A stretch of 64,000 nt of DNA from Eledone cirrhosa. Its lineage: Eukaryota. The position numbers were made by a program, and so were the translations under genes. The notes under the pieces were generated by a model. That model saw only the letters and a program-made list of their open reading frames with translations, searched no databases and was not told the DNA's origin. The stretch spans positions 20,398,001 through 20,462,000 of the forward strand of contig OZ024746.1 of assembly GCA_964016885.1 (NCBI GenBank), written 5' to 3'. Below are positions 51,701 to 60,600 of the stretch, in pieces (within the stretch, counting starts at the first letter, position 1; every line of letters begins with the position of its first letter).

Positions 51701-54413
51701 GTAATTTTTGAAAAAAAAAAATGGATATAAAATAAAATAAAAATTATATTATGTATTAAAAGTAGAGGAGTTGATCAACAATGTTTCCATTGCTGGTACT
51801 ATCAATTAGTTGCAATTCCTGTCAGAAACAATACTGCTTAGGCAAAGTTGATTTTGAATGTAATATAGATTTAAATATAATTTTGAAATATGTTTTGTTG
51901 CATTTTTTTTCATTTTTTTTTCGTAGCATTTAAAACTGGGCGTATTTGATGTAATTCCTGCCAACTCATTGGATGGCTTAACTGCTGAAGATTTCAGGTT
52001 GTTACTAAATGGAGTAGGAGATATCAATGTACAAACTCTCATTAGCTACACTTCCTTCAATGATGAAAGTGGTAAAGTATACATCCTTTAAATATTTTTC
52101 TAATTCTGTTAGTATTTTTTGTCTTTTTTTTTTTTTTTAACATTGTTTACCGTACTACTGACCTGCTGAATATAATGGACAGTAGAATTGATTGATTCCC
52201 ATCAGAAATTGATATCTTATAATTTTTTTAACATGGGGAATAGAATAGAATATAATATATATATATCTTATAATTTTTTTAACATGGGGAATAGAATATT
52301 ATAGAAATATTTATAAAAATGTAGGAAACAAAATAGTAAAAAATTCTGAGAACATTGGTAGGTTATTGAATTTCTTCCAATTAGATCAATTTCTCTCTCT
52401 GTAATTATTAGAACTACTTTACAATCTATTTTTGGATTGTTGTCCATTGTTCAATCAATTCACAATTCAATTGATTGAACAATGGACAACAAGAAAAATA
52501 AAAAAATGTTATTACTTATGTGGTCACATGATTCATGTTGGTATTTATAAGTATATGCAAGTAGTTTTGGTCACTTAGGTATCATAACCAAGGTTGGGTT
52601 TTGGTACATTGGTAACATATGATGAAAGTAACAAAAGGTTTATTAAGACACTTATTTGAAATTCTCGTTTTTTTTTATATCGTGGATGTCATAAATGACA
52701 AAATTTTCTTTCAATGATTGCTTGTTTTATTTTTTCACAGGTGAAAGTAGTGAAAAAGTGCAACGTTTCAAACGGTGGTTTTGGTCTGTTGTTGAAAAGA
52801 TGAATAACCATGAAAGACAAGATTTAGTAAGTGACTTTTTTCCCCCACTTCCCCAAAGGAATATTCTTGAGGGTTACACTAAATAGATTTGTATACCATT
52901 TTCACATGTTACAGCCTTGTACTCTCTTGTGATGTTAGGAAGGGCATCCAGCTATAGAAAGCTTACCAAACAATGGGTAGGGAGGACCCTTAAGTTGTCA
53001 CAACCTCTCTCATGCACTATCAGAATTAGCTTCAATCAATTTCTGGTTTTCTGATTGATTCAAAAAGCAAAACATTTATTTGTTTCTACAACATCCAAGC
53101 GTTCAACTGGTGTTTTCAGATTCTTGTGTAACGACTGCAGCACACAAATAAATGACCAAAAAAGTTAATTGCAGTACTATTTATGTATCAGCATCATGAT
53201 CACTGTTTAACGTCCATTCTTCCATGCTAGTATGGGTTAGCTGAGTTGTGCTGTTGTGAGACAAGTCAGATCAGATGACACTCTTGCTCATACAGAACTG
53301 TTTCTGGCTTGGTGTCTATGGCCTTCCTAAAGCCAATCACATTACCAATGTGAACTGAGTACTTTTTGTTGTCACCAACACGACCACTTTACAGGGTGGA
53401 CTGTTTACTATTTGTCGTGTCACCAAAAGAACCACCTTACTGGATGCTTATTTGTTGTGTCACCTGCATAACCACATTACAGGGTGCTCTTTTGTCATGT
53501 CACCAGCATGAGCACCTTACATGGTAGTATATTTTATAAAACAGAGGGTTGTTCTTGACAAATACAATATAATTCTATTAGAATATGGTAAAACAGTTGG
53601 TAGATTCATTGAGTAATGTAACTGGTGACTTTCAAACATTGTGCCTAATTTGCATAAAAGATTCAACTTAGTACAAATAACCAACATATTGAGTTTGATA
53701 AGTGTGCTACTTAAAGAACTTGAGGTATTTCATTTACACATATTAATTAGTGATAAAGGTGTTGGACTTATGATCATAATGTAGACTTTATTCTTGGACT
53801 GGGATGTGTTCATTTCATGTTCCTCCAGTATACTTAGCTGAAAATGAGTACCAGCAATAGATGGGGGTTTAACCCTGTGATGGACTGGTGTCCTGTCCAG
53901 GGCGGAAGCACTGGCCTGATGAGTCTCCAAGCTCGTCACAGACCTCAGAAATATTAATTAGCTAATCGTTCCTCAACCATCTCTATATTTGCAGATAAAA
54001 TGTTTGCCAAGTGTACTATACCTACTATTAGTTATTTTCTCACACCAGTGGAGCTAGACCATTGCATTTTGACAAGGTTTTCTATCAATAGAAAGGTTGA
54101 TTTATATACTTTAAAACAATCTCTTATCCAGTATTCTTTTAGTTTTAAACATTGACTTAAGACAAAAATCATGTTTTATGGAATATTACTTTAATTGCAG
54201 GTGTATTTTTGGACATCAAGCCCAGCTTTGCCAGCAAGTGAAGAAGGTTTCCAACCAATGCCCAGCATCACTATCCGACCGGCAGATGATGACCATTTGC
54301 CCACAGCCAACACTTGTATTTCACGGCTTTACATCCCATTGTATTCTACAAAAGCCATTCTTCGCAGCAAAGTGTTATTGGCTATTAAAACAAAAGCTTT
54401 CGGCTTTGTTTGA
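767..54413 (+). CDS. UBR5: E3 ubiquitin-protein ligase UBR5 (EDD/hyperplastic discs), 5'-partial, 45 coding exons in window
   Basis: Hand-spliced exons, all GT-AG with consistent phase: 767-826, 2924-3017, 7519-7653, 8428-8648, 9705-9827, 10651-10919, 11997-12105, 14158-14437, 14590-14711, 17472-17597, 19503-19614, 19971-20125, 21723-21914, 22490-22574, 23464-23601, 23927-24041, 25104-25246, 26166-26367, 27468-27705, 28571-28662, 29350-29496, 30172-30293, 30420-30549, 32542-32647, 33625-33791, 34304-34484, 34924-35097, 37105-37225, 37730-37864, 38289-38555, 40855(or 40837)-41102, 41737-41971, 42681-44151, 45065-45190, 45969-46185, 46873-47052, 48058-48130, 48964-49415, 49954-50084, 50501-50725, 50858-51086, 51205-51330, 51927-52071, 52741-52826, 54201-54413(TGA). 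Total about 8718 nt. UBA, UBR-box, MLLE and HECT motifs occur in UBR5 order, ending ...[12 protein letters not shown]. Confidence 0.97.
1683..1955. mobile_element. Palindromic MITE-like element (~72-bp inverted arms); same family at 45577-45860 and 46299-46850
   Basis: 1683-1754 (aagttaatacgaaacattgtgagatatgtaataaacgactgataagtttcagaaagc...) is the reverse complement of 1884-1955. Related copies begin ttaaccct, suggesting TTAA/piggyBac-type ends. Confidence 0.65.
1975..2210 (+). repeat. Dispersed (ATG)n-tailed SINE/LINE-3'-end family; other copies ~11265-11512, 20880-21015, 22965-23190, 44345-44600, 52935-53025 (+); 34000-34135, 56550-56745, 58190-58450 (-)
   Basis: Shared blocks ggaagggcatccag...aaacaaagggttgggaggacctttcagttgtgtcaaag...cttcagtactgacttggtctatgtagacc...ccaacccttgctag...gttaaatgatgatg. 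Confidence 0.8.
2581..2742. mobile_element. Foldback/MITE-like palindrome, same family as 9413-9614
   Basis: aatataaaggat...catgtgcagagattctataaaatagcttataaaat pairs with attttgtaagctattttatagcttctttgcgcatg...atcctttatatt. Confidence 0.65.
4080..4815 (+). mobile_element. Degenerate RTE-type LINE fragment (RT region with Cys-rich PHD-like insert), same family as 12806-13497
   Basis: Broken frames give [14 protein letters not shown]...CSGI...FMCARC, then [13 protein letters not shown] and [12 protein letters not shown], with frameshifts and stops. Confidence 0.75.
9413..9614. mobile_element. Foldback/MITE-like long inverted repeat
   Basis: gatgctataaaata...agtgaagacacttaaaa...aagaagttgccatcagccactagaaa is complementary to tttccagtggctgatggcaacttcttttt...ttttaagtgtcttcact...tattttatagcatc. 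Confidence 0.7.
12455..13497 (-). mobile_element. 5'-truncated RTE-clade LINE: open RT C-terminal ORF (12806-13497) plus 3' UTR and (ATG)n tail
   Basis: Uninterrupted frame NIDFTCGRC...VDSFRYLG...[13 protein letters not shown]...[20 protein letters not shown]...[12 protein letters not shown]...GRPRKTW. The 3' UTR ends in a gatgatgatg microsatellite tail at ~12455. Confidence 0.88.
16310..16570. repeat. Two inverted copies of a tRNA-SINE body (caaggaaacaatgtttccattggtctttccattgctgata family); other copies ~18940-19075, 31085-31332, 32990-33090, 42450-42570, 51775-51825
   Basis: 16310-16386 and 16457-16520 are reverse complements. The copy at 31085-31332 includes a tRNA-like head on the minus strand (gcgtggcttagtggttaga...gttcaattc). 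Confidence 0.7.
19679..19788 (+). repeat. Three degenerate ~40-bp tandem repeats
   Basis: atatctctggatcacctgttacaaatg... repeated three times. Confidence 0.6.
20202..20889. mobile_element. 5'-inverted RTE/RTEX-type LINE insertion with 12-bp TSD ATGACCGTACAT
   Basis: Minus part ~20214-20488: [24 protein letters not shown]...GRPRLTYVD...stop plus (TAGA)n tail. Plus part ~20488-20880: [12 protein letters not shown]...VEDFLYLG...[11 protein letters not shown]...[10 protein letters not shown] at 20202-20213 and 20878-20889. Confidence 0.85.
21335..21625 (+). mobile_element. Rex3/Expander-like RTE LINE 3' fragment; opposite-orientation copy at ~42015-42292
   Basis: Decayed [11 protein letters not shown]...YGHVIRM...RGPRARWLD...[19 protein letters not shown] and 3' end ccacgaccctcccaagaataagtgggtgaagaag; the reverse complement is recognisable at 42015-42292. 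Confidence 0.65.
22725..22965 (-). mobile_element. Degenerate LINE apurinic-endonuclease (APE) fragment
   Basis: Minus-strand translation [15 protein letters not shown]...[25 protein letters not shown] resembles the GDFNGHVG...RNEEG..LLEFC motif of RTE-clade endonucleases. Confidence 0.6.
24213..24500 (+). repeat. Dispersed repeat (probably retroelement-derived); reverse copy ~46410-46675, partial 33310-33360
   Basis: aatctgcttcatgg...tggtgaggag.gtaagtgga...aaaagggc...atgaact.ctcagagtcaa...aagtgtggtgagta...cctcc..caggag shared with the reverse complement of 46410-46675. Confidence 0.65.
26460..26795 (+). mobile_element. Degenerate RTE/RTEX-type LINE 3' fragment
   Basis: [20 protein letters not shown]...VGRLNITI...TDLTG.DLLAVMR..EIW parallels the C-terminus of the 20222 element. 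Confidence 0.55.
27468..29496 (+). CDS. UBR5: UBR5 UBR-box zinc finger exons (27468-27705, 28571-28662, 29350-29496)
   Basis: [18 protein letters not shown]|[31 protein letters not shown]|[18 protein letters not shown] is the zf-UBR motif. Confidence 0.96.
27795..28085 (+). repeat. (ATG)n-tailed retroelement 3' end with internal ~50-bp tandem units
   Basis: Four units of gtggttgtgttggggacatgacaaaaagcacccagtccactctgtaaa, then ...ctaactcgtgctagtg...gatgatgatg. Similar arrays at ~28720-28960, 48170-48430, 53190-53525 and 55620-55890. Confidence 0.7.
29526..29790 (+). mobile_element. tRNA-derived SINE with ~20-bp TSD (Octopus-type SINE); copies also at ~10338-10550, 38740-39040, 41255-41370, 55314-55521, 63601-63775, 63820-64000
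   Basis: Head ggattggcagtattggtagagc...ctgagtttaaattc, body ggttagctttgcctttcatcc...gataaaataaagtaccagt, tail cctaaatcagaaaccatt. Flanked by attatattctc(g/c)gtaattat. Confidence 0.8.
31641..32325. repeat. 39-bp minisatellite, ~17.5 copies
   Basis: Unit ac(a/g)tagctgttaattaccttattgacctcaggtggtagt; produces the 13-aa-periodic ORF 31693..32265. Confidence 0.95.
35141..35928 (-). mobile_element. Non-autonomous Helitron (Lep1-like)
   Basis: Minus-strand 3' end CTAG followed by T (plus a|ctag at 35140-35144) with a short hairpin cccaa-cgttgc-ttggg at 35153-35168. The other end has catgtgtaaagtttgaaaacaatcggtt...acagacagaca...ttttagtaatatag, typical of Lep1-type Helitrons. Confidence 0.65.
36037..36135. 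repeat. ~14-bp tandem repeat (gtatgca(a/t)att(ag/ca)t)
   Basis: About 7 copies directly visible. Confidence 0.8.
36238..37059. repeat. ~137-bp tandem repeat, 6 near-identical copies
   Basis: Unit ttattgttttttcattgtacaacatctgcac...gtgaggggcgtggtacatctaatagaccagcaaatacagt; period 134-137 bp measured at 36241, 36375, 36512, 36649, 36786, 36922. Confidence 0.95.
37335..37637. repeat. 26-bp pyrimidine-rich minisatellite, ~11 copies
   Basis: Unit ttcctctctgcctgatctccctcctc. Confidence 0.92.
38030..38150 (-). mobile_element. Possible Penelope-like pseudo-LTR remnant with a degenerate hammerhead core
   Basis: Minus strand reads ctgatga-tcctgtgagttgcaggt-gaaac, followed shortly by aataaa and a T-rich end. 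Confidence 0.4.
40190..40442 (+). mobile_element. tRNA-derived SINE with CORE-like body; copies ~49545-49785, 53805-53945, 56085-56350
   Basis: ttgtgttcttgag...tgagtaccagcagtagctg...cctgtgatggactggtgtcct.tccaggg...ccggcctgatga...ggcttagaa.aga shared among copies. Confidence 0.65.
42681..44151 (+). CDS. UBR5: UBR5 largest exon (1471 nt): conserved [13 protein letters not shown]...[15 protein letters not shown]...[13 protein letters not shown], then long S/T/Q-rich region with polyQ
   Basis: Acceptor ttccag at 42680, donor AG/gttaga at 44152; corresponds to ORF 42737..44305, whose last ~50 aa are intronic read-through. Confidence 0.92.
48964..50084 (+). CDS. UBR5: UBR5 Gly/Ala-rich linker and MLLE (PABC) domain exons (48964-49415, 49954-50084)
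   Basis: [17 protein letters not shown]|[39 protein letters not shown] contains the KITGMLLE signature. Confidence 0.95.
50501..54413 (+). CDS. UBR5: UBR5 HECT domain C-terminal exons; catalytic Cys codon at 54315-54317
   Basis: [16 protein letters not shown]...[18 protein letters not shown]...[12 protein letters not shown]...[11 protein letters not shown]...[39 protein letters not shown]. Confidence 0.97.
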
Positions 54414-54779
54414 GCTATTAACATATTCCATGAAACACTTTATTTTTTTTTTTCAAATAGGCAATTGATTACCATAACCAGCTGGCTGTGACTAACCATG
54501 AAATTTAAAACCAAAAAAAGTATTGGTGATCATCGTGTTTAATTACTGGCTACATTGGATGCCTTGGACTTAAAAAAAAGCTTTCTTTTAGCTAAAAGGT
54601 GGGGTTAAAAACAAACAAAACTTTGGCTAACAAATCTATCAGCCTTTCTAAACATTAAAAAAAAAACAACAAAAAAAGATGGTACATTACATTACATTAG
54701 TGGAAGCCATTTGTAAATGTCCCATTTTTTAAGATGGATTTATGAATTTCATCTGAAATTGATGACCAAACATAGATAA

Positions 54780-54887
54780 AATAAAATTAAGAAAAAAAAT
54801 TGCTGTCTCAACTGTCATCTCGGTGGATTTAAGGAATAAAAGTGAAGAAAAACTTTTGAAGGAAGTTACAAAAAAAAAAAAAATAAA
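54780..54887 (+). promoter_or_regulatory. Candidate UBR5 polyadenylation signals (AATAAA at 54780, 54835, 54882)
   Basis: Hexamers 370-470 nt after the stop, with T-rich sequence downstream. The region is A-rich, so chance matches are possible. Confidence 0.35.
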
Positions 54888-55313
54888 CAAAAAAATCTTG
54901 TTTCTTTTTCTGTTAAAGTGAAAAAAATTTTTTTTCTTTTAATCCCTTATTGACAGCCTTGATTTCCAGTAAAATTTATGCTCATTAAAAACATAATTCT
55001 GCCATTTTTAGTGTTTAAAATAGTCATTTCAAATAACTTGTTTTAGGTGTTGTCACTGACCTTTAAGGTTTTAAAATACTAAAGTATTGGCTGTGCTTTA
55101 ATTTCCTGTTTTGAATTGTACTTTATATTTTCAAAAGGAATCCTCATCAGGGAAGAGAAAATGGATTGCTCTTTAAAAATGTACTTTTGGGGACTTAATT
55201 ACTGACTTCTTTTATATATAAAGAAAAGGAAACACTTTATAATTAGGTAGGGTATTTATTTTAATCTAGGCTTTAAATTATGGATATATAGGGTAGGCGA
55301 TAAGTATCTTGCC

Positions 55314-55521
55314 ATTATGAAATTAAAAGAGGCGGTGAATTGGCAGTATTGGTAGAGGGTCGGACGCCATGCTTTGACACATAGTTATGGCCCTTGCCAT
55401 TCTGAGTTCAAATCCCGCCGAGGTTAACTTTGCCTTTCATCTTTACGAAAATAAAGTACCAGTAATGGACTGAGTAATTGCTGGCCTTGTGCCAATAGTA
55501 GAAACAATTATGAAATTAAAA
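55314..55521 (+). mobile_element. Young tRNA-SINE insertion with perfect 15-bp TSD ATTATGAAATTAAAA
   Basis: TSD at 55314-55328 and 55507-55521; A-box-like tggcagtattggtag and B-box-like gagttcaaatccc. Confidence 0.85.
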
Positions 55522-56799
55522 CAAACAAACCCATAGTGATAACTCTATATAGTTATATTAAATATTTGAAATGCTGCCAATCTGCAAGTAAGTCATTATT
55601 TGTAATCAGTAAGTTATATCATTTAACCACCATTTTCTATGCTTGCATAGGTTAGACTGGTCGTCACATGGATCTATATTTGGTTAGGTAGGGTATCCAG
55701 CTATAGAAACCAAACACCAATCTCATTAATATGGACAGTGCCTTTTATTGTCACCGAAACAATCACTTAACAAGGTAGACTGGGCACTTTTTCCCGTGTA
55801 ACTATCATGGCCACCTTATACAATGAACCGAGTGCTTTTGTTGTGGTACTGGATCACCATGCAGGGTGGACTTAGTGCTTTTTGTCATGTGTGTGTATAA
55901 GCATGGCTGCCTAGTTTGGGGTTCAGTCCCACCTCCGGTGTCTTCAAGAGCCTCAAGCTGATCAATGCCTTAAATGACTAACTGGAAGCCTGTCAAGTGT
56001 AAATATCACAATTATTTTAAATCAGAGTTTAAAACAAAAGATGGTATGTAGTTGAACAATGTTTGTATAGCGAAATTGTGAAGGTACATGACTTAGTGGT
56101 TAGAGCATTTGGCTTACAATTGTGAGTTCAATTCTCAAACTTGGTAGTGTGTTGTTTCTTTGAACAAGACACTTTATTTCACATTGCTCCAGTTTACTCA
56201 GCTGTAGAAATGAGTTGTGATGTCGCTGGAGTCAAGCTTTTGCCTTTCTCTTGGAGAGGAGAGACTGCTGGTCTTCTAGAAAAACACCTTGCCTGGGCTT
56301 GTGCCTCAGAGGGGAACTTTCTAGGTGCAAATCCCATGTCATTTGTGATTGAAGGGGGTGAAAATAGCCTAATGGACAAAGGCTCCTATATTTCAGGTGA
56401 AACTCTTTATCAAATAGTGTTAGAACCATAGTGATGTTGGAGAGTAGATGTAGGTTAAATGGCCACATCTTTATAAGACAGGAAGTGGACTAAGATGATA
56501 GTATGAACTTCTGGGGAGAGACATAGGTGATCTGTATGCAGAAGTTTTTAATGTCTGCTAACGGGTTGGATGGGTCTGCATAGTCCAAGTCGGTATTGAA
56601 GTGAGGCTACTGACAGGCCATATGGATGTCTGTTATCTCGCTTACGACAGTGCATGAGGTTGTGACACAACTTAAGGGTCCTCCCTACCCATTGTTTGGT
56701 AAGCTTTCTATAGCTGGATGCCCTTCCTAACATCACCCACTTTACAGGGTGCTCTGCATGTATAAAGGGGTCTATACAATTGACTGGATTTGTAGCAGG

Positions 56800-57000
56800 T
56801 ATGAATAAAGATGTCACTAAAGTGTTCATACCAAAGGGTATCCAAGATGGAAAATGAGACATTCCTTGTGATAGCAAGGTGGGTTATAAAAGAACACATG
56901 GTGGTAATTAATGAGTTGAAATAACAGGATATTTGATGAAATGATCTGCTAACCTGCAGTTGGTCTCTCCACTGTATGCAGGACCTCAGAAAAGGTATTT
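56800..57000 (-). mobile_element. Decayed Penelope-like GIY-YIG endonuclease remnant
   Basis: Minus-strand frame YSGETNCRLADHFIKYPVISTH resembles the YIGET.R.L..RF.EH...PV..HF motif, with an LDTL-like motif near the end. Confidence 0.45.
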
Positions 57001-57698
57001 AATACAATGACATTTCTAGTGGTATTGGGAGTAGAATAGCTGCACACTAATTGATCATGTAGGTTGGGGGACCCATTTAAAGGTGTTGTTCATGGAATGC
57101 TGCAGGCTTTTAAAAAAAACAAAAAAAAAAAACACTGAACAATTGCTTGAGTAGATATGCCACACAAAAGGCTGGGCCATTAGATGGGACTGGTACTGAA
57201 AAGTATTGTGGAGGCCATGTCCCCTCCAGAGAAAGGATCTAGATGTATTTTTTTTATTTTTTATTGACCTTAAAAGGATTCTTGTAATGGGGGTGGAAGC
57301 TTTCAACACTCGAGTTTAAAATGTACTGTAAAACTGCCCTGAAATTTTACAAAAGACTGACCAAAGCATACAATTATCTTTACACAGATCCCTATAAATA
57401 TTTGCTCCTAGCATTTACACTAAAAAAAGTGCAAAACAACCATGTTCATAAAACAATATTTAATTTTCAATTGAGTCCATGAATATATATATGATACAAT
57501 AAATACTGAGTGTGTAACTGAGACTGCAACTGTATGTAAACTTTCCAGAAAATACGAATTTCCCTGTAAGTTGAAATAATGATAAACACCATTAATTGAT
57601 TTTTGGATCTAATTGGATCCTCAAAAGAAAGTGTGTATATCACAAGGCAATATGTATTATTCTGAAATAGATCAGAAGTGTCCTTTTATTTATATTTA

Positions 57699-60600
57699 CT
57701 AAGATTCTTCGTTTTGTACAAAACATTCCTCTTCTCTCCATGTGTCTTTCTGGCCATCCCAACAACTTTGTGAACAAGTAAAGGCAATAACTGTTCCAAA
57801 CTCCACTGCATACTCTAAAATATAAACAATAACATTCAGTTTAACCCTTTAGAATTCATATTACTCTAAATATACTATTATATTTTCATGGTAAAGGCTT
57901 TACATCAGTATGAGTGGCCAGTTACAACAGAAAGAGGAAGAGAATTGTGGCCGGTTTGTTTTGGAAAGTAACAAGGCAATACTGTAGTTTAAGATTATGT
58001 AACTACTAACTTACCATTGCTATTTGAGACAGTGAGATCTTTAACAAGAGCTGGCATTAACTGGAATTCAAACTGTCTGTTTGCTCCACAATATTGACAT
58101 GAGCCTGGATCGGGAGCATTCTTTGTTAATATAATGGGTTTTCCTCCCAGTTCATACCTGTTGAAAGAAATAATGAAATTATCATCCTCATTTAACATCT
58201 GCTTTATCTACTAGGATGGGTTAGACGGGCCTACATAGACCAAGTCAGTACTGCAGCATGGCTACTGATATCCTAGACAAGACGAGTGATCTGCATCTCG
58301 CTTACGGTCAAATGTTCTTAATCTTTTGACACAAACTGAAAAGGTCCTCCCAACCCCTCTACTGCATGTACTGGTTGCTTTTATTGTGTAAAACTAGGGA
58401 GGCTGCCATGTCCTTGACACAACTATAGGGTCTTGGCAACCTTTCTACAGCAAAATTAATTGTAGGCTTACCTCACACACTGTTCTGGCCATTTTGATAT
58501 AATTTTATAAAATTTGTAGAAGGTTCTATTTCCATGCTGTACATCAGTTTTTTCATAACTTTCGGCATTTCCACTGTTTTCTTTTCCTAATCTATGGATA
58601 GAAAGTCAAAATTAAGTACTTATCTTTTAATCCAATTGACTAAATCATTTTGTATGTATGAAAAAATAAATTCACTCACTTAACTGCAGTGATCATTTGC
58701 TCATAAGCCTTCCCTTCTCTTTCCTTATAGGTTTGAAGAAGGCGTTGGATGTGCTCTGTATGAGAAGTTGTTTCCACTGACTCTTCATATACATTTAAAT
58801 AATAAGATTTTAGACAGAGTTCTCCTTTGTAATTCAACGATGAAGGTGCTACATCCTTAACGAGAATTTCACTGGAGAAAAAAAAAATCAAGATAATAGT
58901 TAAATATTTTAAAGTAAAATTAATAAATAATTAAATCATATGAGAATGAAGATTATATTTTCAAAGTCACACTTGACAAACAAATGTTGCAAGTTAAAAG
59001 GATCAACTGTGATTTCAGCCACTGGATTACAACCATGCAGGGTTTTTAGTTGATTCTATCAATCTCAGTACTTTGACCGATACTTATTTTAAACTGTAAG
59101 GTATTTCTGCTTGACACACCAACTTTGTTAATTACTCAAGGTGCAGTGAAGTGTGATTGAACCGAGAACTATGTGGTCGAGAAACAAACTTAACTGCATA
59201 GTTATATACACTATAAAACAGTAATATCAGTGTAACAAGTGCCCAGCCCACAATGTAGTTGGTGTTATGAAGGGCATCCAGCCATAGAAACCAAGCCAGA
59301 AACAGTTTTGTATAAGCAAAACATGGTCACTCATGCTATCATGGAAAAATGGTGCCGATAATGATGAACCAGGGCCAGATTATCTTGGTGGGAGAATGCC
59401 CCGGGCACTCTTTTTTAAACAAAGCTTCCTCTATTAACAGATAACCATCTTTTGCTCATACAAAACTGTTTCTGGCTTGGTTTCTACAGCTGGATGCCAA
59501 CCACCTTTACAGCATGGAATTAATAAATAATTTTAGTAAACCTCTCAAAATTCTTTATTAATTAATTGAAACATCATATTTCATTAGAAATAGAGTCATG
59601 AAAGGGGTTAACTAGGAAGGAGTGTACGCAGTGTTTCTTATGAGTTTTAAATAAATGTTAACTTACTTGCTCATTTTACTCTCATCTCTAGCATCTCCTG
59701 TACAATGTTCACGAATATTACAATTGTCATTCATCATGGCAGTAATGTCATTAACCTTTTCACTTTCAGTTAAACCATTACTTTGTTCGGCCCATTCATC
59801 TATCTCAATATCATCATCATCCCATGTGTTATCTTCAGATCCCCAGCAGTCTACAATTTTACTCTCTGATTCAGTTTTCGAACTGTTGACAACGTTAGTG
59901 GTATCTTCTCGATTTTGTTCGCGGAAAATTTTCCAACTTGAGGAAAAATAAAAGAAATATATATATATATATATATAAAGAATGGTGTGTTCATGCCACC
60001 ACCATATTGTAAATAGATTTCTTTAACCATAGTGGATGCTTAACATATACGAGGGTTGCCTGAAAAGTTCACAGGCTGACCAAGGAGTGACGCTAGAGCT
60101 GTAAAATCTTGCAAGCATTAATTCAAACTCTTCTTATTAATAACTGCATTGTTTCTTTCCAGGGACTATGTTGAAAAATAAACTTCATTTGGTCATTCCA
60201 CGAGAGTATCTTGTCAGCTGACCCTCGTATAGCTGTGCTTTAAGCTATAATGGATGAAAGAAATAGATGTTTTTTTGTTACTTACCTCGAGTCCTTACCC
60301 CAACAAGTTGTGTTGATGCAGGAGAGTACATGCAACGTTCGGTGGTAAGAAGACTGAACGAGAGGACAATATATCTGAACAATTTGACACATAGGCTGTT
60401 GACACAGATCACATTTTGGTATAGTAAGCGGCTCTGTAAAGTGATCCTAGTGATAAAAATAAAATAAATTAAGTTTGTGTCAATGTTATTATTACTAGTA
60501 TGGATGGGTGTTTCAGAAAGACAAACATTTACAACGTAAAAATTAGAGAATAATGAATGTGAACAGCATGCCACTAAGAAAGAGGTAACTAAAACAATAT

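Noticed and set aside
52212-52300. Direct ~36-bp duplication (also 24-bp at 48778-48828) and (TA)n/(CA)n microsatellites throughout
   Set aside because: Ordinary slippage duplications with no sign of function.
53905-53945. ctgatgag motifs at 53916 and 40416 as hammerheads
   Set aside because: No GAAA box or stems; they are the 3' tail of a CORE-like SINE.
767-54200. U12-type or GC-AG introns in UBR5
   Set aside because: All 44 donors read as ordinary GT U2 sites with no GTATCCTT/ATATCCTT; the gcaagt at 50081 would break phase.
55331-55420. tRNA-like A/B boxes here and at 10340, 29560, 31260-31332 and 56088
   Set aside because: These are SINE heads with repeat bodies and TSDs; no complete cloverleaf, so not tRNA genes.
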